A stretch of DNA of 64,000 bases, from positions 42,651 through 106,650 of IMG/VR virus record IMGVR_UViG_3300038345_000087; one strand, written 5' to 3'. The stretch is from a virus. Lineage: Duplodnaviria > Caudoviricetes. Under the pieces are notes generated by a model. The model ran no database searches and was not told where the DNA came from. It was given only the letters and a program-made list of their open reading frames with translations. Shown here in pieces: positions 20,761 to 30,116 of the stretch. The position numbers and the translations under genes are program-made. Each line of letters opens with the position of its first letter. The stretch's first letter is position 1.

Positions 20761-21087
20761 ATGCCTTACGGAGTTTGTAAAATTTGTGGTTGTACGGATA
20801 ATGATCCGTGTCATAATCCGCTCCACGGTAACTGTTGGTGGGTTGATGAAACCCATGAGCTGTGTAGTCATTGTGCAGATAAATCCATCGCTGATGATCC
20901 AGCAACACAGCACTGTATTAACAGCAAAGGCTTTGACCCCTATCCTGGCATTAAGCGCAAAGACCTTGCTTCTCTTGGTTGTCCTTTTCCTGATGATACT
21001 GGTGATATGTGTGCTGAATGTTCGCACATGAGTTTTACAAGCGTATTTACAGGTGAATGTGATTTAGGTATAAGAATTGATAATTAA
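20761..21087 (+). CDS. Cys-rich putative Zn-binding protein
   Basis: CKICGCTDNDPC...CWWVD...LCSHC. Confidence 0.65.
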   Translation: MPYGVCKICGCTDNDPCHNPLHGNCWWVDETHELCSHCADKSIADDPATQHCINSKGFDPYPGIKRKDLASLGCPFPDDTGDMCAECSHMSFTSVFTGECDLGIRIDN

Positions 21088-21100
21088 AGAATATCAAGTA

Positions 21101-21916
21101 ATGAATAGATATATTTGTCGTGCAAAGGCCGTTGAAGATGGCCGTTGGGTACAGGGTGAGCCACATACTATGTCCTCACATCCGCACATACATATTTCTG
21201 CATTGGAATCTGTTAGAATCAATCCCAATACACTTGGAAGGTTTACGGGCTGGCGTGATAAGAACGGTAATCCCATTTTTGAGGATGATATTCTGGCATT
21301 GACTATTCCTGATGGTACTACTCGACTATTCATTGTAGAGTGGCAACGTCAGGTAAGACATTTGAAGTCTCTGAAAGATTTTGTTCCAGATGGCAATCCA
21401 GTAGAGGTTAGTGGATGGTGCTTTACTTGGGGGCAAAACTGTCTATTACCATCGGTTATAGGACATGTGCCAGACTATTATCGTATGGAAATTGTCGGAA
21501 ATGTATATGACAATATAGATCTGCTTGAACCTGGTGCTGAAGAACAGTTCAAAAGCCATCGTGAACTAATCGGTAATACTTGCTGTCTGTCAAACAAACC
21601 AGGTGTGCAAGTGTTTATGTATGATCTAAAGAATGATAATGGCAGTTGGTTGGCTCGCTGTTTCCTTACTTCTGATGGCGTTTATATGTCCTACTCTGAA
21701 TGGGGAAATTTCTTCCATTACTTTAATGCACCTGGTAAGGATGGTATTCGTAAGTTTATGCTTGGTATTAGCGAAGGCTACTTTGCCAACAAACTCTGTG
21801 AGGTGGAATGGAATACAGCACCGACCAAAGTAGCCGCTGCTGCAAAACGTCATGCAAAGCATGTCTTGCCAGTACTTCAGCAGACTATTCGTGAACAGTT
21901 GGAAAAGGAGGGGTAG
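21101..21916 (+). CDS. YopX-family protein with extra C-terminal domain
   Basis: GRFTGWRDKNGNPIFEDDIL...EIVGNVYDN, then about 120 unrelated residues. Confidence 0.75.
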   Translation: MNRYICRAKAVEDGRWVQGEPHTMSSHPHIHISALESVRINPNTLGRFTGWRDKNGNPIFEDDILALTIPDGTTRLFIVEWQRQVRHLKSLKDFVPDGNPVEVSGWCFTWGQNCLLPSVIGHVPDYYRMEIVGNVYDNIDLLEPGAEEQFKSHRELIGNTCCLSNKPGVQVFMYDLKNDNGSWLARCFLTSDGVYMSYSEWGNFFHYFNAPGKDGIRKFMLGISEGYFANKLCEVEWNTAPTKVAAAAKRHAKHVLPVLQQTIREQLEKEG

Positions 21917-21918
21917 TT

Positions 21919-22164
21919 ATGGCTCATTCAACAATGCTTTATGCTGCTGAAATCGGTTTGTGTCTGAAGGAAATCAATATCCCAAAGATGTTTCTGGAAG
22001 ATACACTTCGCAAGATGGCTTCAGAACTCAAGTCTATGGATCCTCAATCAGAGGACTGTAAGCAGTTATCTTACTATGCGCAGATACTCCATGCCGCTCT
22101 CCTCTCAATCAATGCTGCTGAAGATGCTGTATCAGGTCTATCTCTATTGATGCTTAAACAGTAA
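21919..22164 (+). CDS. Hypothetical protein
   Basis: Packed ORF. Confidence 0.5.
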   Translation: MAHSTMLYAAEIGLCLKEINIPKMFLEDTLRKMASELKSMDPQSEDCKQLSYYAQILHAALLSINAAEDAVSGLSLLMLKQ

Positions 22165-22470
22165 TGGTATGACAGAAATTGAAAAGGTACTTCAAGTGTT
22201 TGCTGATAGTGTAGAAAAATTGAGTTATCCTGAACCAACGGGTGATCCCAATAAAGACTACGCTGGTTTCTGGCCTATCATCGAGAAAGAAGAAGCATAT
22301 CATAAGCAATGTGAAATGACTCCAATTTGGTATTAAATTCTTATGAAGAATAACTTAACAATCTCCTTCCGACACTGCTCCACCTGTGGTTATTTCTGTG
22401 ATATGGGATAAAGAAGGTTGGTGTTCATGGCTCGGCACAATGCGCAAAGCAAGACAGCAAGAATGTGAGG

Positions 22471-22950
22471 ATGGGTATAAGGAAAAAGATTAGCACAATG
22501 ATACATCGTCCAATAGAAGAAATAAAGAATGAACTGAAGGCTTCTGGTTTTCAGGTTCCAGAGCATTTCCCTTACGCCGTCGAATACTATCCGAATGCGA
22601 AGGACATGCGGGATGCTCTGCCATTGTTGCATGATGAACTACAACAATGGTATTTGTATGCTTATAAAATGATGACGGTTCAAATTCCATATCATTCAAG
22701 GATGGATGTTTGGGTCTATCTGAGACTCGGTTCTAAATATGGCGGATGTTCTCGTGTAGAAGCGGTCCTGAAATATGAAGAACGCGAATATAAGTATGAC
22801 CTTTTATTGTCTGAAACTACCATCGCTCATGCTGTTAGTCCAGTAGGTGTTGTACGTACATGTATTAAAGACACACTGGCAAGAGTGTTCCGCCTTGTTT
22901 CCGCTTTTTTTGCAACTGGTGTTATACCCAAGGATGAATTTGATATTTAA
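22471..22950 (+). CDS. Hypothetical protein
   Basis: About 160-aa ORF in operon orientation. Confidence 0.55.
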   Translation: MGIRKKISTMIHRPIEEIKNELKASGFQVPEHFPYAVEYYPNAKDMRDALPLLHDELQQWYLYAYKMMTVQIPYHSRMDVWVYLRLGSKYGGCSRVEAVLKYEEREYKYDLLLSETTIAHAVSPVGVVRTCIKDTLARVFRLVSAFFATGVIPKDEFDI

Positions 22951-23015
22951 TCGTCATGTATGCTGCTATATCATAGCAGCCAATTTTAATCAATAATTTA
23001 TAAAAAGCAAACATT

Positions 23016-23465
23016 ATGAATTTAGATGAAATGGCCCATAAGTACATTGGGCTGCTGGAAAACAAATCTGGCGTATTTAATGAAGGCGACATGGAAACAT
23101 GTTACGTTACTGGAGCACAACAGGCTTCTGAATTACAGGAAGGACAATCTGGCAATTTCGGACAGGCTATTGGTTCACTGAAGTTCGGAAAACTTGTTCG
23201 TCGTGCCGGATGGAATGGAAAGGGAATGTTTCTCTTTATGCGTCCTTTCGATGTTTTGTCTGACAGCTTCATTGTTGATACTGTGAAGTCTCTTCCACAC
23301 AACTTTAAGGAATGGGTAAAGAACCATCCTAATGAGCGTAAGGAACGCTTTTTCGCTCAGTATATTTGTATGAAAGCTGCCGACGGTTCCGTTGTCAATG
23401 GATGGCTTGCTTCTCAGACGGACATGCTGGCTGACGATTGGGAACTGGTAAACCCTGAAGAATAG
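23016..23465 (+). CDS. DUF2829 / Tad2-like anti-defence protein
   Basis: NFGQAIGSLKFGKLVRRAGWNGKGMFL...GWLASQTDMLADDWELV. Confidence 0.8.
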   Translation: MNLDEMAHKYIGLLENKSGVFNEGDMETCYVTGAQQASELQEGQSGNFGQAIGSLKFGKLVRRAGWNGKGMFLFMRPFDVLSDSFIVDTVKSLPHNFKEWVKNHPNERKERFFAQYICMKAADGSVVNGWLASQTDMLADDWELVNPEE

Positions 23466-23469
23466 ACCT

Positions 23470-23676
23470 ATGACACATCCAATCGGTTTTCAGTTCAAAC
23501 CTACTTTCCCCTCTAACCTCGATCACTTCGAGGTTAGAGGTTTCGATGAAGAGAAAAAACATGTACTTACTATCGTCTATCCCAAGAATGGATCACCGTT
23601 CAATGATAGTATAGAAGAAGAGTACTACGAAGCTGCTTTTGCTATTGGTGACTATGTACCGTTAAATCTTGATTGA
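23470..23676 (+). CDS. Small hypothetical protein
   Basis: Packed ORF. Confidence 0.5.
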   Translation: MTHPIGFQFKPTFPSNLDHFEVRGFDEEKKHVLTIVYPKNGSPFNDSIEEEYYEAAFAIGDYVPLNLD

Positions 23677-23678
23677 TT

Positions 23679-23969
23679 ATGGCTGGCCCTAAATGCGACA
23701 TATTTGAGTATATCAGAGATACCGTTCATATCTACGATAAGATGACAGAGACCAACAAGAATCTCCGTTATCTTTTCAAAGACTATGAAGAGAAGGTTGT
23801 TCCCGTCAAAGAGTGTATTCGTAAAGTCATGGCTGCTCAGAAGAAAGATGTCCTTCCTGCTACCATTGACTTGATGACAGCGGCAATGGAAAAAGATAAT
23901 GCAGTTCATGCCATGTGGTTTATGTCAGCTGCCGTAGATATCTGTAATGAAAAGCAAATCAAACAATGA
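23679..23969 (+). CDS. Hypothetical protein
   Basis: Packed ORF. Confidence 0.55.
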   Translation: MAGPKCDIFEYIRDTVHIYDKMTETNKNLRYLFKDYEEKVVPVKECIRKVMAAQKKDVLPATIDLMTAAMEKDNAVHAMWFMSAAVDICNEKQIKQ

Positions 23970-24019
23970 AAAAATTACATCGAATAATCCTATTCCGTGG
24001 CTACAATGCCAAAAACAAA
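23963..24019 (+). repeat. 57-bp direct repeat, left copy
   Basis: Identical to 26120-26176; encodes the first 18 codons of the YopX gene. Confidence 0.95.
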
Positions 24020-24154
24020 CCGCACCTCGTACATGTCGGCTCAGGCTTGGAGCGCGGCTGTCCCTTCCTCGTCGCTGATGATACAAACAAACATATCGTC
24101 ACCTGTAACTTTATGCCAGACTTCTTCCCTGGCCTCGTTTATGACTCAAAATAA
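23966..24154 (+). pseudogene. Chimeric ORF: YopX N-terminus fused to unrelated sequence
   Basis: MKKLHRIILFRGYNAKNK is identical to the start of ORF 26123, then diverges. Confidence 0.6.
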
Positions 24155-24168
24155 CCCTAACACTCCCT

Positions 24169-24801
24169 ATGAAAGTATATGTGTTCGATACAAATGACTT
24201 GGCAGAACCTTTGAAGAGGGATGACAATGTTTATTCGCTTCCTATTTTCAAGAAAGGGAGTGGAATGTATGGACTGAATGATGTCAGTGTATTCGTTTCA
24301 GATCCTATCATGGAAGGTGTGCATCGCCCATTCTGTCTCATTGTAAACATGAAATTTGGGAAATCCGTTTATGATGTATTGAAAGATCTGCCCATCGAAA
24401 GATGTGTGTTCGCAATTCCTCAGCATCATGTAACGAAAGAATGCGTAAGAATCTTCGGTTGTTCTTATGAAATGAACTATGAGCTGAAGCCAACATCGTT
24501 GTCTATGACATTCTTGGTGCCATTCTCGCATTGTTACATCTTTAACTCTTTATCTGTATTTGAGGATTTATGTGTTAAAAACTCTGACAGTAAGACGATG
24601 TTCCCATCTTCTGATTTTGTTCGATGTGTGGTCACAAAGGATGGCATTTTCTTCAAGAATGAGGCCATCTTTGATTTCTATAATAAGACGAAAAACTATG
24701 TCCCAGAGAATTATGAGGATGCCATCAGAAAAGAAACCATCCTCTCACTTTGCCAGGACGTTTTGTGTCATATATCTCTCGTGAAAAATAAAAGTAAATA
24801 A
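24169..24801 (+). CDS. Hypothetical protein (cassette cargo)
   Basis: 210-aa ORF. Confidence 0.6.
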   Translation: MKVYVFDTNDLAEPLKRDDNVYSLPIFKKGSGMYGLNDVSVFVSDPIMEGVHRPFCLIVNMKFGKSVYDVLKDLPIERCVFAIPQHHVTKECVRIFGCSYEMNYELKPTSLSMTFLVPFSHCYIFNSLSVFEDLCVKNSDSKTMFPSSDFVRCVVTKDGIFFKNEAIFDFYNKTKNYVPENYEDAIRKETILSLCQDVLCHISLVKNKSK

Positions 24802-24852
24802 TAGCTTCGTTAATTGCATTGTGATCCCATCACAATACTTAAAACTCCTCGT

Positions 24853-25524
24853 ATGATTGACCAAAAAATGTTTTTCTCCAACCGCACCATCATGGAATAT
24901 CGGGATATGGTGCTCGATGACATCCTGAAGGAGTACCTTCTTTTCAAAGGTACATGGGATGCGGATGACAATGCCATCAATAAAGAAGTTCAGATCAAGG
25001 ACATTGTGCGCTCTGGACTCTTTATCTATGGCCTGAAAGATAATGCCACCAACAAGTCGGCTGTCAGCTACTATTGTGAACGTGAGGCACAGAGAAGGCT
25101 AATCATCCATGATGGACTTATCACCGTGCCAGAAAAACTCTGGAAGGAATGCGATGAGTATAACCGCGCTCACTGCGTAAAAAAAGCCTTTGACCTCGAC
25201 TGCGACGATTACGAACACGGCACGCCTGAAGGCGGTTGTGACGGCATGGGACATTACCTCTGCAATGAGTGCAAATGGCGTTCACAAGAATCTCTCCGTC
25301 GAATCCATGAGGATGAATTGCACGGTAAGACCATCCGCAAGCGTTCCAAAACCAACCAGTACATCCGTGCCCGTGTCATCGAATCCGATGAAGAGGTATT
25401 GGTAGATGACTTCGATATCGATGGCATCTATAACATGTGGCACAACACTGAGTCCGGCATAATCTACCACGATGACGAACTGGAGTTCCTGGACCCACGC
25501 CTCCAATCTATCCCCAATAAATAA
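24853..25524 (+). CDS. Hypothetical protein with Cys cluster (cassette cargo)
   Basis: CDDYEHGTPEGGCDGMGHYLCNECKW. Confidence 0.6.
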   Translation: MIDQKMFFSNRTIMEYRDMVLDDILKEYLLFKGTWDADDNAINKEVQIKDIVRSGLFIYGLKDNATNKSAVSYYCEREAQRRLIIHDGLITVPEKLWKECDEYNRAHCVKKAFDLDCDDYEHGTPEGGCDGMGHYLCNECKWRSQESLRRIHEDELHGKTIRKRSKTNQYIRARVIESDEEVLVDDFDIDGIYNMWHNTESGIIYHDDELEFLDPRLQSIPNK

Positions 25525-25568
25525 TTAGTGTGCTCGGTGGTTTCCTCACCGAGAAAAATCCAAACGAT

Positions 25569-26119
25569 ATGAATAAATCCCCAATGCCTTCCATCCTTGA
25601 TGCCTGTTGTGGCGGTAAGATGTTCTGGTTTGATAAGAATGACCCTCGTGTTCTCTTTCAGGACATCCGTTGCATAGAAACGACTCTCAAAGATCGTGAT
25701 AAGCTACGACATTTTTCGGTTAAGCCGGATGTGATGGCTGATTTCACCTCTATGCCTTACCCAGACAATAGTTTTCGCATGGTTGTATTTGACCCACCAC
25801 ATTTGAAATATACTGGATCCAAGAAAGAACCTCAGAACTGGCAGATGAAAAAGTATGGATGGCTGCCCGCTCATGGATGGCAGGACATCATTCGCAAGGG
25901 GTTCTCGGAGTGCTTTCGTGTTCTTATGCCTGGTGGGTTTCTTATCTTCAAATGGAACGAAACAGACATACGTGTATCGGAAATTCTGAAACTTACCCCC
26001 CCACTACTCCACCTCTTTTCGGGCATATCTCTGGCAAACGGGCTAATACCCATTGGATATGTTTTATGAAAGAGGATGACGAACCAATTAACGCTGTGTT
26101 TCCAGATATAAAGCAATAG
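25569..26119 (+). pseudogene. SAM-dependent (probably DNA) methyltransferase, frameshifted near a C7 tract
   Basis: ILDACCGGKMFWFDK, VVFDPPH, LIFKWNE in one frame; expected tail PLFGHISGKRANTHWICFMK in another frame after 25996-26002. Confidence 0.8.
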
Positions 26120-26176
26120 ACAATGAAAAAATTACATCGAATAATCCTATTCCGTGGCTACAATGCCAAAAACAAA
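26120..26176 (+). repeat. 57-bp direct repeat, right copy
   Basis: Identical to 23963-24019. Confidence 0.95.
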
Positions 26177-26575
26177 ACGTGGCTTCATGGCTACTATATC
26201 CAGAATCGGCTTGGTCATTTCGTTACTCCCAATGAGTTTGCACGAGGTAAAGATTGGGATGATTACGAAGTAGATCCTGATACTGTCGGACAGTTTACTG
26301 GTACATACGATAAAACGGGCGCGATGGTTTATGAAGGTGACATCGTGGATGCCTGGAGTGCTGGCTCACATATTAGTCATGGAATTGTAAAATTTGCTTC
26401 TCCTCGTTTCTTCATTCTCGTCAATCATTCAGAGAAGGGGACACCTATTGACTGTTGGAGTCTTGCACCAAGCCAGTTTGATGGTAACGATGAGCATTTG
26501 AAGGTAGTTGGCAATATCCATGATAACCCAGAACTCGTAAAAGCATATTTGGAATATCAAAAGCATCATGTATGA
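26123..26575 (+). CDS. YopX-family protein
   Basis: ILFRG, VDPDTVGQFTG..DK.G..VYEGDIV, VVGNIHDNPEL. Confidence 0.85.
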   Translation: MKKLHRIILFRGYNAKNKTWLHGYYIQNRLGHFVTPNEFARGKDWDDYEVDPDTVGQFTGTYDKTGAMVYEGDIVDAWSAGSHISHGIVKFASPRFFILVNHSEKGTPIDCWSLAPSQFDGNDEHLKVVGNIHDNPELVKAYLEYQKHHV

Positions 26576-26805
26576 ATAAGAATTGTATATCTTGTATCCA
26601 TTCAAAGTTTGACTCGGACATCAAGCAGTTCGTGTGTCAGCTGAATGATATGACTGTCAACAATCGTATGATTTGTGAAGAGTATTCTCCTTGCAGGGTG
26701 CTGATAGCTGCTAAAAGAGCGAAGGAATTTAGGGATGTTGGAACGATGACGAAAGATGACGTGTTGAAAGCCTGTCAATCCGTGACATCTATGATGAACT
26801 CTTAG
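26572..26805 (+). CDS. Small Cys-containing protein
   Basis: CISCIH...C...CEEY. Confidence 0.5.
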   Translation: MNKNCISCIHSKFDSDIKQFVCQLNDMTVNNRMICEEYSPCRVLIAAKRAKEFRDVGTMTKDDVLKACQSVTSMMNS

Positions 26806-26868
26806 CATAATAACAGTTATTTTACCGTTTTTGATACAGACAACGACCACCTAAAACGTATCTTTGCA

Positions 26869-27627
26869 ATGAGAAATAAAAACTCTATGGCAAATATATA
26901 TCTACGCATATCGCGTTATGTAGCGGCATTCATGCGTTCCACGGGCGACGGGCAATCCATGCCTTATAACTCGCCAGTGGAGTTTTCTCCATATACTCCT
27001 GAGTATGTAGTCCTCACGAATGGCCTTCGTGTGATTCCAGAAGCACAACAGCATCGGGCCTCGTGTTACTCTCAGTCTGCATGGAAGAATATGTCACGTG
27101 GATGTCTGCCGCAAGGTGGTAAACCTATTCTCTTGCGCGATCCGAAGGATTATCTCACCTATGCCGAGATCTGTACGCTGGAGCATCTGCCGAATAAAAC
27201 AAAAACTGATGCTTATGAGTTTCTTTGCATCAATATACCGCGTGAAATAATTGTCGATGGACGGGTGCAAAGAACAACAGCATCACATACTCTTGATACC
27301 CGTGCGGCTCAACAACTGCGTAAGATGTTGCGTGAGTCATTCATCCGTACATTTTTGGACTTCGAGACAAGAAACAACCTATTTGCCAAATCGCAAGGCA
27401 TTCATCGCTCTGGTGTGGAAATCCTCGAACGCTTCTTTATGGAGTACGACCTTCCAGTGTCTCATTCTCAGAAAGAACGTGAGTCGTTGCGTCACCTCGT
27501 ACAAAGATGGAGAAAGGAAGCGGAATACCTGGTGCAATCTCCTCGTATTATCAACGATGACTTGGTAACTCGCATCGATGAGCACGAATATACTGGCGGA
27601 CCTCCAAAGTATGACGATAATGATTGA
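26869..27627 (+). CDS. Hypothetical protein, candidate late-gene regulator
   Basis: Basic helical C-terminus; position at the early/late boundary; function is inference. Confidence 0.5.
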   Translation: MRNKNSMANIYLRISRYVAAFMRSTGDGQSMPYNSPVEFSPYTPEYVVLTNGLRVIPEAQQHRASCYSQSAWKNMSRGCLPQGGKPILLRDPKDYLTYAEICTLEHLPNKTKTDAYEFLCINIPREIIVDGRVQRTTASHTLDTRAAQQLRKMLRESFIRTFLDFETRNNLFAKSQGIHRSGVEILERFFMEYDLPVSHSQKERESLRHLVQRWRKEAEYLVQSPRIINDDLVTRIDEHEYTGGPPKYDDND

Positions 27628-27769
27628 TTTTTAACGATGTTAAACAAATCAAATTTGGCTCTTAATAAATGTTAAATAATAGCAATTTTCGTGATTTTTA
27701 TATTTACAGCGTGTTCCATATCGTTTCAACCCCCTTGTAACTCGGTTTTCACTAAAAAGAAATCTCCAC

Positions 27770-28252
27770 ATGAACTGCTCTGAACTCCGCCTATCTGAAA
27801 TTGTCCGCATAGCCATCTTTCTGGCTTCTGCATCCAATATCTCCGTTCCTCGAAATGTGTGTTGCAATTCTGTCGCAACGGCTACTCCATTCTCAGGATC
27901 GCCAGTATTATCCTTTGCGCTTACTCCTGATACGGAGAATGAAGTGCGTCTGTCGTTGGTGCCAACTCGTAAAATTACGAACGCACGTCAGGCTGGTGGC
28001 ACTATATATACACACGACTTGCAAATGTCCGTGGAAAACCCGCCAATATCGGTGTCTGAGGCTCTTAATGCCCTTGCTGGTAAGGACTTTCACGTGTTAT
28101 ACACTCATGCGGATGGCTCAAAGTCTGTGTCTTACTCTCTTCCTAATGCCTCCAATATCGACATAGAAGCAAATCTTTCTTCGGTATGCGCGATGACGCT
28201 CAAGGCAAAACTCTTATCCATGAGCGATGCTATAACGATTACTACGCCATAA
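27770..28252 (+). CDS. Hypothetical protein
   Basis: 160-aa beta-rich ORF. Confidence 0.55.
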   Translation: MNCSELRLSEIVRIAIFLASASNISVPRNVCCNSVATATPFSGSPVLSFALTPDTENEVRLSLVPTRKITNARQAGGTIYTHDLQMSVENPPISVSEALNALAGKDFHVLYTHADGSKSVSYSLPNASNIDIEANLSSVCAMTLKAKLLSMSDAITITTP

Positions 28253-28326
28253 TATATATATAATAAGGTATAAGGTATAGCTCATAGTTTTTGGTTATTG
28301 ATTGATTAGTCTTTAAGGTTAGTGCG

Positions 28327-28358
28327 CCCGCTGGTTCCTTCCAGCGGGTTTCTTTTTT
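28327..28358 (+). terminator. Hairpin element copy with U-tract
   Basis: cccgctgg-ttcctt-ccagcggg then tttctttttt. Confidence 0.7.
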
Positions 28359-28392
28359 CCATCCCTAAACGCGAATCTATCAACCTTAAACC

Positions 28393-28426
28393 GTTCCTTT
28401 ACCCCTTCCGCACATGCGTACCTTTG
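28393..28426 (+). promoter_or_regulatory. Putative phage late promoter, variant GTTCCT
   Basis: GTTCCT-N20-TACCTTTG upstream of ATG 28451. Confidence 0.6.
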
Positions 28427-28450
28427 CGTCGTAATCAATTCGCATTTCGC

Positions 28451-30070
28451 ATGAACGGACTACTCGAAATACTCACTAATAAGGAATGGATGATCTCGCC
28501 AGAGTTCGTCCACGCCTCTCGCACGCTGTTCGAGCACAACTTGAACACGCATACACCATTTGCAAAGGAGAAGAAACTTCCATACGCTGCCCGTGTGGGA
28601 GCTGCAACTTCTTCGGAAGAGTCCCAAGAGTCTGCTGGTTCTACCATCGATATTCAGCAATATCAAGTTGGCGAGAATGGTAACGTCGTTGGCTATTATT
28701 ATCAACTCGGTAATATGGAACAGCCGTTCGTCAACATCATGCCGGTGGATGGCCCTATCACTCGAAACGGAGGTGCATGTTCTTATGGATCCGTGGAATT
28801 GCGTGATTGGCTCATTCGTGCAGCCAATGACCCAATGTGTCGCGGACATGTTTTCTATGTTGACACTCCTGGAGGTTCGGCATGGGCTAAAAACGATTTC
28901 CAACAGGCTATCGATTATGCACATTCCATGAACCAGAAGGTTATCGCCTTCATTGACGGACAATGTGCTTCCGCTGGTATGTACCTGGCTTCGCTCTGTG
29001 ATGAAGTGTATTACATGCACCCGAAAAACCAATTTGGATGTATCGGTGTCATGGCTGCATTCTACACAGAAAAGCCGGACACAACCAACAAGTTCACAAA
29101 CGAGACCTATCGCGAATACTATGACCCTGAATCATACGAGAAGAATCAGTGGTACCGCGAGATTGAGAAGGATGGCGATGCCACCTTGCTCATTGAAGAA
29201 CTGAAGGAGTTGGGTGTGGAGTTCCGCGCAGACGTACAAAAGGCTTTCCCTGCTGCTACCGATGAATATATCCACGGTAAGATTTTCGATGCTGAGAAAG
29301 TTGTTGGCATCCTCTGTGACGGACAATCCACCTTTGGCGAAGTCGTTGCACGCGCTTTCGCACTTTACGATGGTGCAGAACCGGTCAAGCGCAAAGAGGC
29401 AACACCTCCCGCATCTTCTGAAGGTTCTTCTGATGGTGATGCCTCAGAAGGTAATGCTACAGTTCCCGCCGCTTCTGCGGAGGGTTCCAAAGAGAACAAC
29501 CAAAATAGTAATAACCCCCAAAATCAAGAAAACATGAAGAAGTACGAATCTATCGCTGCTGCTTGTGGCGTGGACGAACTGGTCGTGACGGAGGAAGGTT
29601 CACACTTCGTTCCTGAAATGCTCGACCAACTCGAAGCATCACTGGCTACGGCTTCTACTGAAAAGCAGAACGCCGAAAAGCGTGCCGATGACCTTCAGGC
29701 TAAACTTGATGCTGCTGCAACCGAACAGACGGAGGCGGTCAACAACAAGGAGAAAGAACTGAACGAGGCACATGAGACTGTCGTAAACAACCTGAACACC
29801 GAGAAGGCTCAGTTGGAAAAAGATCTTGCTGACGCTCGCAAGGCGAAAGAGGATGCTGAGAAGGCTCTTGAAACAGCCAATCAGACCATCAAAGACCAGA
29901 CGGCTCAGATTGAATCGCTCACTACCGCCGCCGCTGCAATGCACGACGAAGGCGCAAAGAACAACGGTCAAGGTGCTGCTGCCGAGGAGCCTAAGTGTGC
30001 CATGCCTGAGTATGACCACACAAAGTCTCCGCTCGAAAACGCTCGCATCCGTAAGGCTGCTGGCTTCTAA
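28451..30070 (+). CDS. S49-family prohead protease with C-terminal scaffold-like coiled coil
   Basis: VDTPGGS, CASAGMYLASLCD, GCIGV, GKIFDA; long coiled-coil tail. Confidence 0.85.
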   Translation: MNGLLEILTNKEWMISPEFVHASRTLFEHNLNTHTPFAKEKKLPYAARVGAATSSEESQESAGSTIDIQQYQVGENGNVVGYYYQLGNMEQPFVNIMPVDGPITRNGGACSYGSVELRDWLIRAANDPMCRGHVFYVDTPGGSAWAKNDFQQAIDYAHSMNQKVIAFIDGQCASAGMYLASLCDEVYYMHPKNQFGCIGVMAAFYTEKPDTTNKFTNETYREYYDPESYEKNQWYREIEKDGDATLLIEELKELGVEFRADVQKAFPAATDEYIHGKIFDAEKVVGILCDGQSTFGEVVARAFALYDGAEPVKRKEATPPASSEGSSDGDASEGNATVPAASAEGSKENNQNSNNPQNQENMKKYESIAAACGVDELVVTEEGSHFVPEMLDQLEASLATASTEKQNAEKRADDLQAKLDAAATEQTEAVNNKEKELNEAHETVVNNLNTEKAQLEKDLADARKAKEDAEKALETANQTIKDQTAQIESLTTAAAAMHDEGAKNNGQGAAAEEPKCAMPEYDHTKSPLENARIRKAAGF

Positions 30071-30116
30071 GCTAAACCAAACGTAAGTTAGTAATAAACC
30101 CAAAATCTCAAACATT

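Noticed and set aside
28322-28450. N-terminal extensions called for ORFs 28322, 32108 and 25530
   Set aside because: They run through hairpin and/or promoter motifs; downstream ATGs are more plausible.
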